Source: Promethearchaeota archaeon
Lineage (GTDB): Archaea > Asgardarchaeota > Lokiarchaeia > Sigyniarchaeales > SOKP01
Assembly: GCA_029838195.1 (NCBI GenBank)
Contig: JALGVJ010000008.1
Span: forward strand, 32,001-96,000
DNA: 64,000 nucleotides
Reading direction: 5' to 3'
Each line of letters starts with the position of its first letter. The stretch's first letter is position 1. The notes under the pieces were generated by a model that saw only the letters and a list, made by a program, of their open reading frames with translations, searched no databases and had not been told where the DNA came from. Of the stretch, positions 10,561 to 21,589 are shown piece by piece. Both the position numbers and the translations under genes were made by a program.

Positions 10561-11973
10561 ATGTCTAAATCGCATGTGGTTAATAATTCTGTAATGGTTG
10601 AGCGTAGTACCAAAAAAATGATTTTCTATTCCTTGGGCATTATCGTGGGAGGATTTCTCTATTCCATGTTCAATCAGCTTCAATTTTTCGCCGTTTCTCT
10701 GCTTTTAATTCCTCAAACTACTATTGCTCTCATGTTTTTAATCTACAGTATCGTGGATGGCATAAATGATCCAATTTTGGGATATTGGACTGATAGATCT
10801 ACAAGATTTACAGAAAAGCATGGAAAAAGATTTCCTTATATTGTTATCGGAACCTTCATTTCGCCCATTCTTCTCATTTTTTGTTTCATGCCTTTCGGGA
10901 TGGAGTCCATCGCTTTAATTGCAGTAATTTTAACGATTTTAATGTGCATTTACGAGACAATGCGTACGCTGGCTGAGATTAACATTAATGCCTTATTTCC
11001 AGATATGTTTAGGGGCGAACGGGAGCGCCGGAAAGTCTCCTCCATAGGAGTGATTATAAGCTTCTTTAATAGTCTTTTAGGAATTATTCTAATTCCACTT
11101 TTCATCTCTATTTATGGAGGGGCTACGAGTAAAACGGCATTCTTCATGGCAACAATCACTATAGTTATTATTGTTTACATCATTGCCATTCCCTTTAGTT
11201 TTGGTGTGAAGGAACCCGATGATCTAAAACAATTAAGAATTAGATTGGACACGGAAAAAAAGAGCAGTTCTCCTATAAAAGAAGTAGTAACTCGCATTTT
11301 CAAGGATAGAGTATGGATGTCTTTTACGCTTGCTTATTTTTTTTACACGATTGCGGGATATTGTTTACTAGCGGGTATCAATTTTTACGTGATTCATGGA
11401 TTAGGGCAACCGATTAGCGCTGTAATCCTTCCTCAATTAGGAACTTTGGTCATGAGTGTCGTGGCGATTCCGATTTTTTCAAAAATTTCACATAAATACG
11501 GTGCAAAATTAGGATATATTCTCAGTTTTGTAATTTTGGCGATTTTTTTCATATTATTCTTTTTATTCGTAAACGAAATGGTTGGATTCACGATTTTATT
11601 TTTACTGTTAGGCATTGGATTGGGTGGAAATGGATTCATGTATAACATCGTATCTTCGGAGGCCATCGATAATGCTGTTGTTAAATCTGGTAAAAGAGAG
11701 GAAGCAACTTACAATGGTATTCTTCGAATTTTCTCCGCTTTTTGCTATTTCTTCCAAGCTTTAATTTTCGCCCTCGTTAGTGAATATTCCGGTTATGATC
11801 CGGCATTGGGCGCCGCTCAAACGGAATTAGCTAAATTGGGCCTTAAAATACAAATGTCATTAATACCATTTTTCTTGATAATCGCTGGATTAATCATTTT
11901 TACCCTTGGGTATCCCCTAAGCAGACATGATGCTATTGAAAACCGGAAGAAACTCATTGAATTGAATCTCTAA
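10561..11973 (+). CDS. MFS transporter, glycoside-pentoside-hexuronide (MelB-like) family
   Basis: DGINDPILGYWTDR, GKRFPY, SGKREEATYNG and about 12 hydrophobic segments. Confidence 0.88.
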   Translation: MSKSHVVNNSVMVERSTKKMIFYSLGIIVGGFLYSMFNQLQFFAVSLLLIPQTTIALMFLIYSIVDGINDPILGYWTDRSTRFTEKHGKRFPYIVIGTFISPILLIFCFMPFGMESIALIAVILTILMCIYETMRTLAEININALFPDMFRGERERRKVSSIGVIISFFNSLLGIILIPLFISIYGGATSKTAFFMATITIVIIVYIIAIPFSFGVKEPDDLKQLRIRLDTEKKSSSPIKEVVTRIFKDRVWMSFTLAYFFYTIAGYCLLAGINFYVIHGLGQPISAVILPQLGTLVMSVVAIPIFSKISHKYGAKLGYILSFVILAIFFILFFLFVNEMVGFTILFLLLGIGLGGNGFMYNIVSSEAIDNAVVKSGKREEATYNGILRIFSAFCYFFQALIFALVSEYSGYDPALGAAQTELAKLGLKIQMSLIPFFLIIAGLIIFTLGYPLSRHDAIENRKKLIELNL

Positions 11974-12004
11974 AAAATTTTTTTTATTTTTATTTTTTTT
12001 TTCC

Positions 12005-12089
12005 CTTGATATAATCCATCTTATAATTAAAGGAAAAAATTTTAGTGATTAGAAGCGAACTTTAGTTCGCAAGGAATTTTTTTTATTTT
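12005..12089. repeat. 85-bp dispersed repeat, copy 1 (hairpin GCGAAC-TTTA-GTTCGC)
   Basis: Matches 50756-50840 at 84 of 85 positions by manual alignment. Confidence 0.9.
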
Positions 12090-12463
12090 ATAATAATCCC
12101 ATCTTCAAGCTCATTTTAATTTTGGTTAGAGATTATTAAATTGAAGATTTAGTACTCTTATCATGTATTCATCTTGATAAAAAATTCGAGATTTCTGTAC
12201 GATTTCACGAAAAAATTACCTTTTTGCTTTTCTTTTTTCAAACACGATGCATAGAGAGCTCAATCTTATTTTTAATAATGAGTTAATAGCGCTTGATCAT
12301 AACCCGAACGTGGATTAATACGGGTTGAATATTTTTTTTTTAGAACCAATTCTGCGATAGATATCTTAATGGCTTGTCTATTTTCGATTTAATAATAATT
12401 TAAATAAATGAGAAAATGTAATAATTATATAAATTTAAAATAAAAATATTTTTTGGGAACTAC

Positions 12464-13027
12464 ATGAGATATTCTCGAGAACATGAAGCTAACAAGGATT
12501 TAAATGATGATAATTGGGATTTAATAAAAATCTCTAATGTTGACGACAAAATAATTAAAAATTTATTAGAATATATTACTTCGGATGTAAACGATAATTT
12601 CTTCATTTCCTTCGAATCTTTGCTAAAAATTGGAAAAAAAGCACGGACCTTAGTCGAGCAGAGTTATAAAAAACATGCGAGAAAAAAGGATGTTCGGAGA
12701 GAAATTTTAAAATTCATTTTAAATTATTACAAGGGCAGGATAAAATATCCCTTAGTTCCAAGGTTATACCATCCTGATTTCATTATTCGAGCGCGAACAT
12801 TAGAACAAATAGAAAAAAATAGAGAATTTAATTATTTGAAATTCATTTTGCCGCTAATAAATGATACGGATGATTCCGTGAGATGGGCTGCTATAAGAGT
12901 ACTAGAATCTTTTAAACACGCAGAAAACCGTCATTTTTTATACCAGATGTTAAAACATCGCATTCAAAAAGAGCCTAATCCTATAATAAAAGAAAAATTA
13001 ATTAAAATTTTCGCCCCAACCAAATAG
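12464..13027 (+). CDS. HEAT-repeat-containing protein
   Basis: LYHPDFIIRARTL, LPLINDTDDSVRWAAIRVL and EPNPIIKEKL HEAT-like units. Confidence 0.7.
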   Translation: MRYSREHEANKDLNDDNWDLIKISNVDDKIIKNLLEYITSDVNDNFFISFESLLKIGKKARTLVEQSYKKHARKKDVRREILKFILNYYKGRIKYPLVPRLYHPDFIIRARTLEQIEKNREFNYLKFILPLINDTDDSVRWAAIRVLESFKHAENRHFLYQMLKHRIQKEPNPIIKEKLIKIFAPTK

Positions 13028-13337
13028 TTGATTTATTATTACGCCGTATTTTTCATTTTTATTTCTTATTTTTGAACTATTCTACTCCTAATTTTCCTAA
13101 AGTTAAGTTAAGATTTATCTCATTTTTTAGAATAGTATGAATCTTATACCAAGGGAAAAATAAAAATTCATTATTCTTTCCTTCCTTGATTACATTTTTC
13201 TAATAAATCAAGTCCATGTTTTAAATCTTCAAAGAAATTAATTTAAAATGACACTCATGAATTTTTCATGGAAATTTTCTTAAAACTAATAAAGAAGAGC
13301 TAAAAAGAAAATTATAAAAAATCAATGAGGAGGAATA

Positions 13338-13928
13338 TCATGTTCTTCTTTTTATAATTTCATAATCTTTTTTAATAATTTCTGAAAGTCCGGATCTTAG
13401 AGTAATGATTCGTGTATCAATTTTTTTGGAGCCTTGATAAAATGTAGGAATTCTATGTTTAAATTTTTCTAAAAGTTCGTGGAAATCAATTTTTTCTTCA
13501 TTGGGATAAAAAAAAATCGCATGAAGCACACTTAGTTCAAATTCTTTAATGTCTTCTTTCAATAATTTTCGAAGTTTCTCATCAAAACGTAAAAAAAAAT
13601 GAAATAGACAATCATCTATAGCCACATCGAAAGAAGGAAATGAATAACTGCCTAAATGCTTCAAGTAATCCGTGCGAATTATTCTTGCCCTCACCCATTC
13701 AATCGCTAAATCAAAAAGCGTTTTTCCCTCTTTCATTTTATCTTGATAATATTTTAATACGTCTATTATTTCATTCATCGAAGATCTAAGAGATTGGGCA
13801 TGATGGAGGAAATAAGCTAAAGTTGAAAGTGTTTCTTGGTCTTTTAACCCCTTTTTGACGCGTTGATAATAAGCCTTTAATTTATCTATATCAATTCTAT
13901 ATATTTGATCAAATTCACGGGTATCCAC
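13338..13928 (-). CDS. Hypothetical protein
   Basis: 196-aa ORF with a GTG start and an upstream GGAGG Shine-Dalgarno. Confidence 0.7.
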   Translation of the reverse strand: MDTREFDQIYRIDIDKLKAYYQRVKKGLKDQETLSTLAYFLHHAQSLRSSMNEIIDVLKYYQDKMKEGKTLFDLAIEWVRARIIRTDYLKHLGSYSFPSFDVAIDDCLFHFFLRFDEKLRKLLKEDIKEFELSVLHAIFFYPNEEKIDFHELLEKFKHRIPTFYQGSKKIDTRIITLRSGLSEIIKKDYEIIKRRT

Positions 13929-14242
13929 GTCGTTAATTGCCTCCCAAATAAAGATAGCATCGAATTAATAATACGGTTTTCAGTTCTCCCCAAAATAAAT
14001 TTCCTAGATTTGGGTATTCCAAATATCATGTTAAATTATTATAATCAATAACACTTGGTTCTTTAACTATTTAATATTTTAGAATTTGAAAAAGAAGTAA
14101 AAATAACATTAATGTAAATTAAAAAAACCACGATTTGCTGAGTACTCATTTAAAATTAAAATTTTGCTTAAACCATACTAAGAGAAGAGAAGGTAAAAAA
14201 TATCATTAAACAATTTTTATTTTTTTCTTATTTCTATATATT

Positions 14243-15292
14243 TTAGATTTTATCCAAGTTATATTGGATTTTTTTAAGAGCTTTATCCTCCGTTACATTC
14301 CAATCGTAAAAAGGATTTATCATGGGATTGATTTCTGCAATTACTTTTTCAAAACTTTTTTTTCTACCGAGTATCTGATGGAGCATTTTTCTATAATAAA
14401 TTAACTTCTTGGGTTCAGTTTCTATATTCATATCATTAATGAGAAAAACTCCATAGCTTTCTTTATTATCGCCCCTTATTAAAGATTCTTCTAAATATAT
14501 AACAACATCATTTCCGCGCTTTAATTTTATTAATCTAATGGACGGAATGATATGACTTATATTGAAAAGATCTAATGTTTCCATGATCCGGTGTTCATAG
14601 TAATCTGGAAGAATGCTCAACACGTAAAAAGACGGTATTTTTTTTAAAATTTCCTTGCGCATGGTGTCATCTAAATCACAAGTATACAAATTAGATTCTT
14701 CTCGATCGCGTGATAATGTCTGTTTTATTACGCCGATACAATAATAATCTTTCGGTGATTCCCAATAAATTTTTCTAGGCGAACCAAGCGAATATTCAAT
14801 GAAATTTAGTCCTTTCTTCAGTTCCCTTCGAATAAACCGATCAAAATTGAAATCTTCTCCCTTTAAGGCCTCCTCCACTATTCTTCCTTGTAATATGCTT
14901 GGATGGATGATTTTATCCAACTTTTCATGAATGATCTTAATATCCTCTGTATAAGATGAGCCTATAATTGAAAACAAGTTAGTAAATTTATCTTGAAATA
15001 TTCTTGTTGAATTTATCACGAAAAAAGACTGCATGAGATTTAATCCATTAATTCGTGTTGCTTTTAGAGATAATGACGATTCTATGCGTTCAATCTGCCA
15101 AGGTATTGGAGATTGGATTGCTTTTGTTAAAAAAATAGGTCCTAAAAATCTAAAAGATAACGTTCTCAATTGTTCTAAATTGGATTCCGATAATTTTTGA
15201 GGAAATTTTATCTCATCATAAATGAGATTATTTTCCGTACAAAAAAAAAGTCCTAACAAGGGACTTATTTGTTTCATGGGTGATTCTTGCAT
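14243..15292 (-). CDS. Hypothetical protein (349 aa)
   Basis: Long uninterrupted ORF. No family recognised. Confidence 0.7.
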   Translation of the reverse strand: MQESPMKQISPLLGLFFCTENNLIYDEIKFPQKLSESNLEQLRTLSFRFLGPIFLTKAIQSPIPWQIERIESSLSLKATRINGLNLMQSFFVINSTRIFQDKFTNLFSIIGSSYTEDIKIIHEKLDKIIHPSILQGRIVEEALKGEDFNFDRFIRRELKKGLNFIEYSLGSPRKIYWESPKDYYCIGVIKQTLSRDREESNLYTCDLDDTMRKEILKKIPSFYVLSILPDYYEHRIMETLDLFNISHIIPSIRLIKLKRGNDVVIYLEESLIRGDNKESYGVFLINDMNIETEPKKLIYYRKMLHQILGRKKSFEKVIAEINPMINPFYDWNVTEDKALKKIQYNLDKI

Positions 15293-15491
15293 TCTAATAT
15301 TATATAATATTTATAATTGAATGGATTATTTTCCCTATTCTTTTAATATTAAGGGATTTAAATCATAAAATATTTTTTTTAACCATGCATGGTTTAAATA
15401 TCTTAATTTTCTTTATTTTCCCCATAATCATTGCTTAATAGAGATCATTCATTTTTAATTAATAACTTTATCGCACCATGATAAAAATATT

Positions 15492-16331
15492 ATGATTTCA
15501 CGCCACAATTTAGCTTTAAATCAAGACTCGTGTAAGAATTTTCCGACGATAGAAGAATTTCTCAGAAAAACCAGATTTTTTACCCGTGTTGAGTTGAATT
15601 ATTATACATTAACCAAAAATTTTACACCGAATTTTAAATTGTCTGATCTTATTGAACTTCTTGAAATATTTAAAACTAAAGTCATAAGCCTTCATGGTTT
15701 GAAGGATTTTTCTCTTTCCTCTGATTATATCTTTACAACTACCATTTTACCTCAATTAAATGACATGATGAAGGCATGTTATAAATTAGAATGTGAAATG
15801 ATTATCGTTTATCCCTCAAAAATTGACCCGAAATTTTCCGAAACTCCCTTTTCTAAAGAAAAAATCATCCAAAGAACCCTAAAACGTTTATCAACTTTAT
15901 CTAAAATCGCTTGGAAAGAAGATATAAAGTTAGGATTTGAAATGTTAAGTGATGAAGATAGTTCTATTAAAACCCTAAAAGAAACTCAAGATGTTTTAAA
16001 TAATTTAACTACACGAGAGAATGTAGGGTATGTATTAGATATATTCCACCTTTACATGTCAAAAAGTAATCTTGATATATTAATTAAAGATATCAAGGAT
16101 CATGTTTTTTTAATTCAACTATGTGACTTTGAAGAAACTTCTATAGAAAATGCTGAAAAAGGAGAAAAAATTCATAGAATCTTCCCAGGGCAAGGAAAAT
16201 TTAATTTTAAAAATCTCTTTCGCTTATTAAAAAACCATGATTATAGTGGATTATTTTCCATAGAAGCAGATTGTGATAAGTGTGATTCTAAAATATTAAA
16301 GCAAGTTTATCAATTTTTAATGAATTTCTAA
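15492..16331 (+). CDS. Sugar phosphate isomerase/epimerase-like TIM barrel (IolI-like)
   Basis: LGFEML, VLDIFH, IQLCD, RIFPGQG and FSIE. Confidence 0.8.
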   Translation: MISRHNLALNQDSCKNFPTIEEFLRKTRFFTRVELNYYTLTKNFTPNFKLSDLIELLEIFKTKVISLHGLKDFSLSSDYIFTTTILPQLNDMMKACYKLECEMIIVYPSKIDPKFSETPFSKEKIIQRTLKRLSTLSKIAWKEDIKLGFEMLSDEDSSIKTLKETQDVLNNLTTRENVGYVLDIFHLYMSKSNLDILIKDIKDHVFLIQLCDFEETSIENAEKGEKIHRIFPGQGKFNFKNLFRLLKNHDYSGLFSIEADCDKCDSKILKQVYQFLMNF

Positions 16332-16490
16332 AAAAAATTAATATGGTTATTTCCAAAAAAAGTTCATCCCTTATCTTTCCAAATTTACCTTTTCTAGCGA
16401 TGAGCTTTTTTAAAATGAAATATTAACCAAAAACATGTCTATATAACATTTTGATCCTTCAGTATAAATTAAAAAAATGAACGAAATAAC

Positions 16491-17393
16491 ATGAAAAAAA
16501 TTCCCCTCATTCTTGATACGGATATTGGAACTGATATAGATGATACATGGGCTTTAGGTTTCATGTTACAATGCCCCGAATTTGATGTTAAATTGATAAC
16601 AACAACTTCTGATAATACTATTGAACGAGCCAAAATCGTTGCAAAATTTCTTGAATGCGCTGACCGAACTGATATTCCCATTGGAATAGGCCTTAATGAA
16701 AATCAGAAGAAAGTAAAACAACATGAATGGATAAAAGACTATGATTTATCTAGCTATCTCGGCACTATTCATGAAAATGGGGTTGAATCGCTCTGTTCCA
16801 CGATCATTCAATCTCCTGAACCTATTACGCTTATTGCAATTGGCCCCTTAGGAAACATCGCACGTGCGCTTAAAACTCACCCAGAAATTGCTAAAAATGC
16901 CCGATTCATAGGGATGCAAGGAAGCCTCCGAATCGGTTATGAAGGAAGACCTGGCCCGCATCCTGAATATAACGTGATTAGGAACGTGCAAGCTTGTAAA
17001 GAGGTTTTTCAAGCCCCTTGGGAAAAAACTATTACACCGCTCGATACATGTGGAAACATCATCCTCTCCGATGAGCGATTTGAAAGAGTCATGAATTCTA
17101 ATAACGTGATAATGGAATTAATAAAAGAAAATTTCATGATTTGGGCTAAAAAAACAAGAATGACCAAGAAAACCATTGAGCAGCGAAAAACATCTATATT
17201 ATTTGATACCGTGGCTATATATTTAGGATTTTCGGAAGAATTTCTTAATATTGAAGGATTAAACATTATAGTTACGGACAAGGGCATTACTGAAATAAAT
17301 GAAAATGGGAATCTAATACGATATGCTACCGATTGGACCAATTTAGAAGGTTTTAAAGACCTACTAGTAAATAGATTAATCCAAGATAATTGA
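16491..17393 (+). CDS. Nucleoside hydrolase (IUNH family)
   Basis: LDTDIGTDIDD, AIGPLGN, PEYNV, PLDTC and LFDTVA. Confidence 0.9.
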   Translation: MKKIPLILDTDIGTDIDDTWALGFMLQCPEFDVKLITTTSDNTIERAKIVAKFLECADRTDIPIGIGLNENQKKVKQHEWIKDYDLSSYLGTIHENGVESLCSTIIQSPEPITLIAIGPLGNIARALKTHPEIAKNARFIGMQGSLRIGYEGRPGPHPEYNVIRNVQACKEVFQAPWEKTITPLDTCGNIILSDERFERVMNSNNVIMELIKENFMIWAKKTRMTKKTIEQRKTSILFDTVAIYLGFSEEFLNIEGLNIIVTDKGITEINENGNLIRYATDWTNLEGFKDLLVNRLIQDN

Positions 17394-17802
17394 ACGAAAA
17401 AAGAGATGATGTTTTATATTTAGATCAACTCATTTTTAACCTTCTTATACAAAACGCTTTCAATAGCTCTCTTGATTGAAAAACATTCTCATTAAAATGG
17501 TTGATATTTAAAATTTTATTAAAAACTTTACAATAAGAGCTCAAAGATAAGTCATTAACCAAAATTCATGGAATTTTCTTTCATTTCCTAATATTTTTCA
17601 TGATGTAAAATGACACGAATTCACGAAAATAAGAATAACCTTAAAATTTCTTCTTTCCTTAAAAAAATGAAATTCGACAATTTTTTTAGCATTACCAAAT
17701 TAATACCCAAATTTTAATAATTTATCGAAATCTAAGAATTTATAACGTAAGAATTTTAATTTATAATATAAATGAATTGAAATTTCTTTTGGCAAAATCA
17801 CC

Positions 17803-18330
17803 ATGCCGCCCTCGTACGATTACACATTTAAGATTTTGTTGCTAGGAAATGCCACAGTGGGTAAAACATGCTTCACAAAGCGATATTGTTATAATATATT
17901 TAATCCATCTGAGCGATTGACTATTGGTGTGGATTTTCATGTTAAAACCATTGAATTAAAAGGAAGGAAAATCAAATTGCAGATATGGGACATAGGAGGA
18001 GAGGCTAGATTCCGATTTTTATTACCCACTTATTGCTTGGGAGCGAATGCGGCATTTTTATTATATGATATAACAAGGACATCAACATTAGAAAATGTTC
18101 ATGAATGGATTTCTATTGTTCGTCAAAAAGCAGGTCCCATTCCAATCATGCTCATTGGAGCTAAAATAGATCTCTCACCGAAGGAACGAGAAATCAGCCG
18201 AGAGTATGGCATCCAAATAGCAGAAAAAAATGATATTGCTGCTTTTGCCGAAATCAGTTCTAAAAATAATATAAATATAGACGAATCCTTCAACACGTTG
18301 ACAAGACTAACCTTAGAACGAACGGAATAA
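17803..18330 (+). CDS. Rab-like small GTPase (eukaryotic signature protein)
   Basis: FKILLLGNATVGKT (G1), TIGVDF (G2/RabF1), KLQIWDIGGE (G3), GAKID (G4) and EISSK (G5). No C-terminal Cys. Confidence 0.92.
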   Translation: MPPSYDYTFKILLLGNATVGKTCFTKRYCYNIFNPSERLTIGVDFHVKTIELKGRKIKLQIWDIGGEARFRFLLPTYCLGANAAFLLYDITRTSTLENVHEWISIVRQKAGPIPIMLIGAKIDLSPKEREISREYGIQIAEKNDIAAFAEISSKNNINIDESFNTLTRLTLERTE

Positions 18331-18347
18331 GAAGGAAGGGTGAGAAT

Positions 18348-19313
18348 TTGGAGGAGGAGAAATTTTTAATTTTGAGTCAGTTATTCGATTCCTTGGGGAT
18401 AATTGAAAAAGGTATTGAAAAAATTTATCATCACCTTTTAAAAAACAAGAAGATTGAGAATTTAAATGAAGTGTGTGGTCAATATGGGCTGTCCTTGAAG
18501 CGTGGATATAAAATATGCTCTGTCTTGAATGAGCTGGGCTTAGTATTAATTTATGATCGTCCCATGAAAATCCTGCTCCAATCCGATGTGATTCCCCTCT
18601 GGCAAGAAATCGTGAACTTACGGATTGAAAATCTTCAAAAAGAATTTCAAGAACAAAAAAAGAAATGCGAAATGAGTTTAGAAGAATTTTTCAAAGCTTA
18701 TGATTTAAAAGAAAAAGAAATTCAAGAACCCGTAGAATTTTATAATTTGAACATCCCTAATTTTTCAGAAATCCTTAGAAATTATAAAAATGCACTCAAA
18801 AAATGTTGTATTGCTTTAGGAATACATTATGAAAACCCTTTCGTGTCTCTCATTAGAGAAAAGGAGGGAAAACAACTTCAAGATATCCTATATTCTGAAA
18901 TTTTACCTGAATTGCATGAAATTAAAGAAAAAATTAAAAATTTAGATATAAAAATTGTAATTAACGAAGAATTGTTCCTTGAACTGATTCAGAGCAAGGA
19001 ATTTAAGATTCTCAACGAACTCATTACCCCTTTAAACATCAAATTCAAAAAAATTGAATTATGGATTACTGAATCCAATTTTAGCAATTTCTCCTTAACG
19101 GATGATGAATTAATTCAACCAAGCTTCGATCCTACCAATAAACTCATTGGATGTTATATTTCCAGAAATAAAAACATTTATCAAATCTTTTACGATAAAT
19201 TTAATGAACTATGTGAAAATGGTATCATCCTAGAAACGTATGCAAAATCTAAGGATATATTCGAATCTAAGCCCATTTCGAGTACAGATATCTTAACTTT
19301 AAGCCTTCTTTAA
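18348..19313 (+). CDS. TrmB-like transcriptional regulator (N-terminal HTH)
   Basis: IYHHLL...GLSLKRGYKICSVLNELGLV..YDRPM resembles the TrmB wHTH. A coiled coil and a C-terminal effector-like domain follow. Confidence 0.6.
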   Translation: MEEEKFLILSQLFDSLGIIEKGIEKIYHHLLKNKKIENLNEVCGQYGLSLKRGYKICSVLNELGLVLIYDRPMKILLQSDVIPLWQEIVNLRIENLQKEFQEQKKKCEMSLEEFFKAYDLKEKEIQEPVEFYNLNIPNFSEILRNYKNALKKCCIALGIHYENPFVSLIREKEGKQLQDILYSEILPELHEIKEKIKNLDIKIVINEELFLELIQSKEFKILNELITPLNIKFKKIELWITESNFSNFSLTDDELIQPSFDPTNKLIGCYISRNKNIYQIFYDKFNELCENGIILETYAKSKDIFESKPISSTDILTLSLL

Positions 19314-19603
19314 ATCTTTTATTAAGAGCTATTTATTAAATCGTTTTCTTCATGATTCTTAGCTCCTGGCTATCCCTACACGTGATTAAAAAGTTAAACG
19401 GCACGCACCTACCTTCTTTTTGGCTCCTAAAAAAGAGATTATTAATTCTCAAAACTTCACGCGCTAAAGATAATCAAGAAGGAGAAAAAAAAGCTTGCTT
19501 TCTTATTTCATGAATATTAACGACCGTGACAAAATTAAATATTCTAATTTCATCTCAAAATTTAAAATTTATAACAAAATTAAAGTTAAAAATTAATAAA
19601 AAA

Positions 19604-21139
19604 TTATTTATTAAGATTCTTTTTAAACTGCATAGCCTTCCGAAATTTTTTTAGCTGTTCACGTGGAGTCACGGTTGGCCGCTCATATCGCTTCAATTTT
19701 GATTTAATACCAAAAAGATATTTTGCAATATTCTTAAGTTTTTCAAGATCATAGCGCATCATCATTGTAATTGTCTCCATCTGAGGAGATCCTCCTCCAT
19801 GTAGCCCTCCCACTTGCATGAGTCCCGCAAGCTCGGAGACTGCAAGAGTTTCAATGCCTTTAAAGCATTTATAAATATTTTCGGGTTTAATCCTTGGATT
19901 TCTCTTCAAATATTTCATGGCTAATTCTCCCACCTCTTCTGAAAAGAAAGATCCTTCAAAAGGTAAGGTTGCTATTAATCCTCCAGAAAGATCCGCTAAA
20001 ATCTTATATTCTTCATAAATCATCTCTCCAGCTAACCTACGTCCCGCATTAGTAAGAATTTCATCGGGCACTTGCGTTCCTGAAGGCGCTTTTTCTGAAT
20101 GCTTTGCACTCGATTCTCCTGCCGCAAATACTAATTCGGCAGTTCCAATTAAATGAGATATTTTATCTTGAACATGAGACGCTTTCTCAATTCCATTATA
20201 TTCAGCAACCAAAGCAGCAGCGCTAGCTATAACCTCTGAAACTGCAGGCTTACAGCCTGTATAACTATGGCGATGATAATGTGCGAACATTAGTGCTAAA
20301 AATCCAGCATATGCTGTCTGGCGGGGATCTCCATTGCCGTTTAGAAAAACACGCTCATTGGGAACAAATACATCATCAAATATTATGTAAGTTTCCGCAT
20401 CACCCAATTTCCTGTTGGGCATATCAACATATTTGCTTTCGCGTTGATAAGCGGGACGTGTTAATAATTTAACCCCTTCCCAATCGCAAGGTAAAGCAAA
20501 GGCTACAGCATAATCTTTATCTTCTGGACCCATGTAGCGACATGGAACAACAATCATCTCATCGGCATAGGGCGTGTTAGTTATATTACATTTGCACCCA
20601 CGAACAATGATTCCATCCTCCCGAGTTTCTACGACTCGCAAGTAAAGATCTGGATCTTCTTGTTCGTGGGGTCTTTTTAATCGATCCCCTTTTACATCGG
20701 TTTGAGCACAGCTTGCAACTAAATCATTTTCTTGGAAAAATATCATGTATTTTTTAAACCGTTCATAATAGTCCGTACCAAGAGCTTCATCCATCTCATA
20801 GGTGATGACCGATAATGCATTCAAAGCATCAATGCCCATGCATCTTTGGATGCAACCACCTACTCTATGACATAACAAGCGAGTCATGAGCTGTTTTTTT
20901 AACAAATCTTCTTCACTTTGATGGATATGACAGAAACGATTTATTTTTTTACCGGTTAAATGCGAGGTTGCTATACAGAGATCTTCATATTCAGGGTCCT
21001 GGGCCCGATCAAATGTCTCTTTAATGATATTCATGCCCCCCTTTAGTCTTGGATCATCTCTTCCTACTATTTCTTCTCCGATATAGACATTTGGTTTCAT
21101 TTTATAGAGATCTTGAACATATTCTTTAAACGTGCGCAA
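19604..21139 (-). CDS. 4-hydroxybutyryl-CoA dehydratase / 4-hydroxyphenylacetate 3-hydroxylase family protein
   Basis: GGCIQRCMGIDA and HRHSYTGCK (Fe-S ligand pattern), QTDVKGDR and HGGGSP. Confidence 0.85.
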   Translation of the reverse strand: MRTFKEYVQDLYKMKPNVYIGEEIVGRDDPRLKGGMNIIKETFDRAQDPEYEDLCIATSHLTGKKINRFCHIHQSEEDLLKKQLMTRLLCHRVGGCIQRCMGIDALNALSVITYEMDEALGTDYYERFKKYMIFFQENDLVASCAQTDVKGDRLKRPHEQEDPDLYLRVVETREDGIIVRGCKCNITNTPYADEMIVVPCRYMGPEDKDYAVAFALPCDWEGVKLLTRPAYQRESKYVDMPNRKLGDAETYIIFDDVFVPNERVFLNGNGDPRQTAYAGFLALMFAHYHRHSYTGCKPAVSEVIASAAALVAEYNGIEKASHVQDKISHLIGTAELVFAAGESSAKHSEKAPSGTQVPDEILTNAGRRLAGEMIYEEYKILADLSGGLIATLPFEGSFFSEEVGELAMKYLKRNPRIKPENIYKCFKGIETLAVSELAGLMQVGGLHGGGSPQMETITMMMRYDLEKLKNIAKYLFGIKSKLKRYERPTVTPREQLKKFRKAMQFKKNLNK

Positions 21140-21589
21140 TTTTATTACCTTTTAAAATTTTAAAAAATTTGTTCTATAAATAGACTATTATTCATGAGAA
21201 AAAAAATCTAATGATTATAAAAGATTCGCCCTCATTAAAAAAAATTTTGAAAAACATTACAAAAAACATTTTTTTTTCCCTTGTTTTTAAAAACATGATC
21301 AATCAGAAGCCTTATAGAGAATTCTTCAAGAACATGAAAATTTAACAATGTTATAATAAACAAAGAAAAAATTACATGAATGAAAAAGATTCATCTAAAA
21401 AAATAAACAATAAAATATAAAAAACAAAAAAAATTAAACAAACTAAAATATCTCATGATTTTTATTAAAAGTATTAGAGAACTAATTTTATACACTTGGG
21501 TAATTAGTTCTTATTGAATGATAATATTATCACTATTCTTGAGGTAAAAATGAATAATGTAGAGAGAATTCAAAGGTGAAAAATTCTAT

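Noticed and set aside
12055-12070. Repeat hairpin as a CRISPR repeat or SECIS element
   Set aside because: There are only two distant copies and no spacer array. There is no AUGA/GA quartet, and the upstream genes have no in-frame UGA.
12301-12326. AACCCG...CGGGTT inverted repeat in the spacer upstream of the HEAT gene
   Set aside because: It is only 6 bp, occurs once, and is not enough to call an ncRNA or operator.
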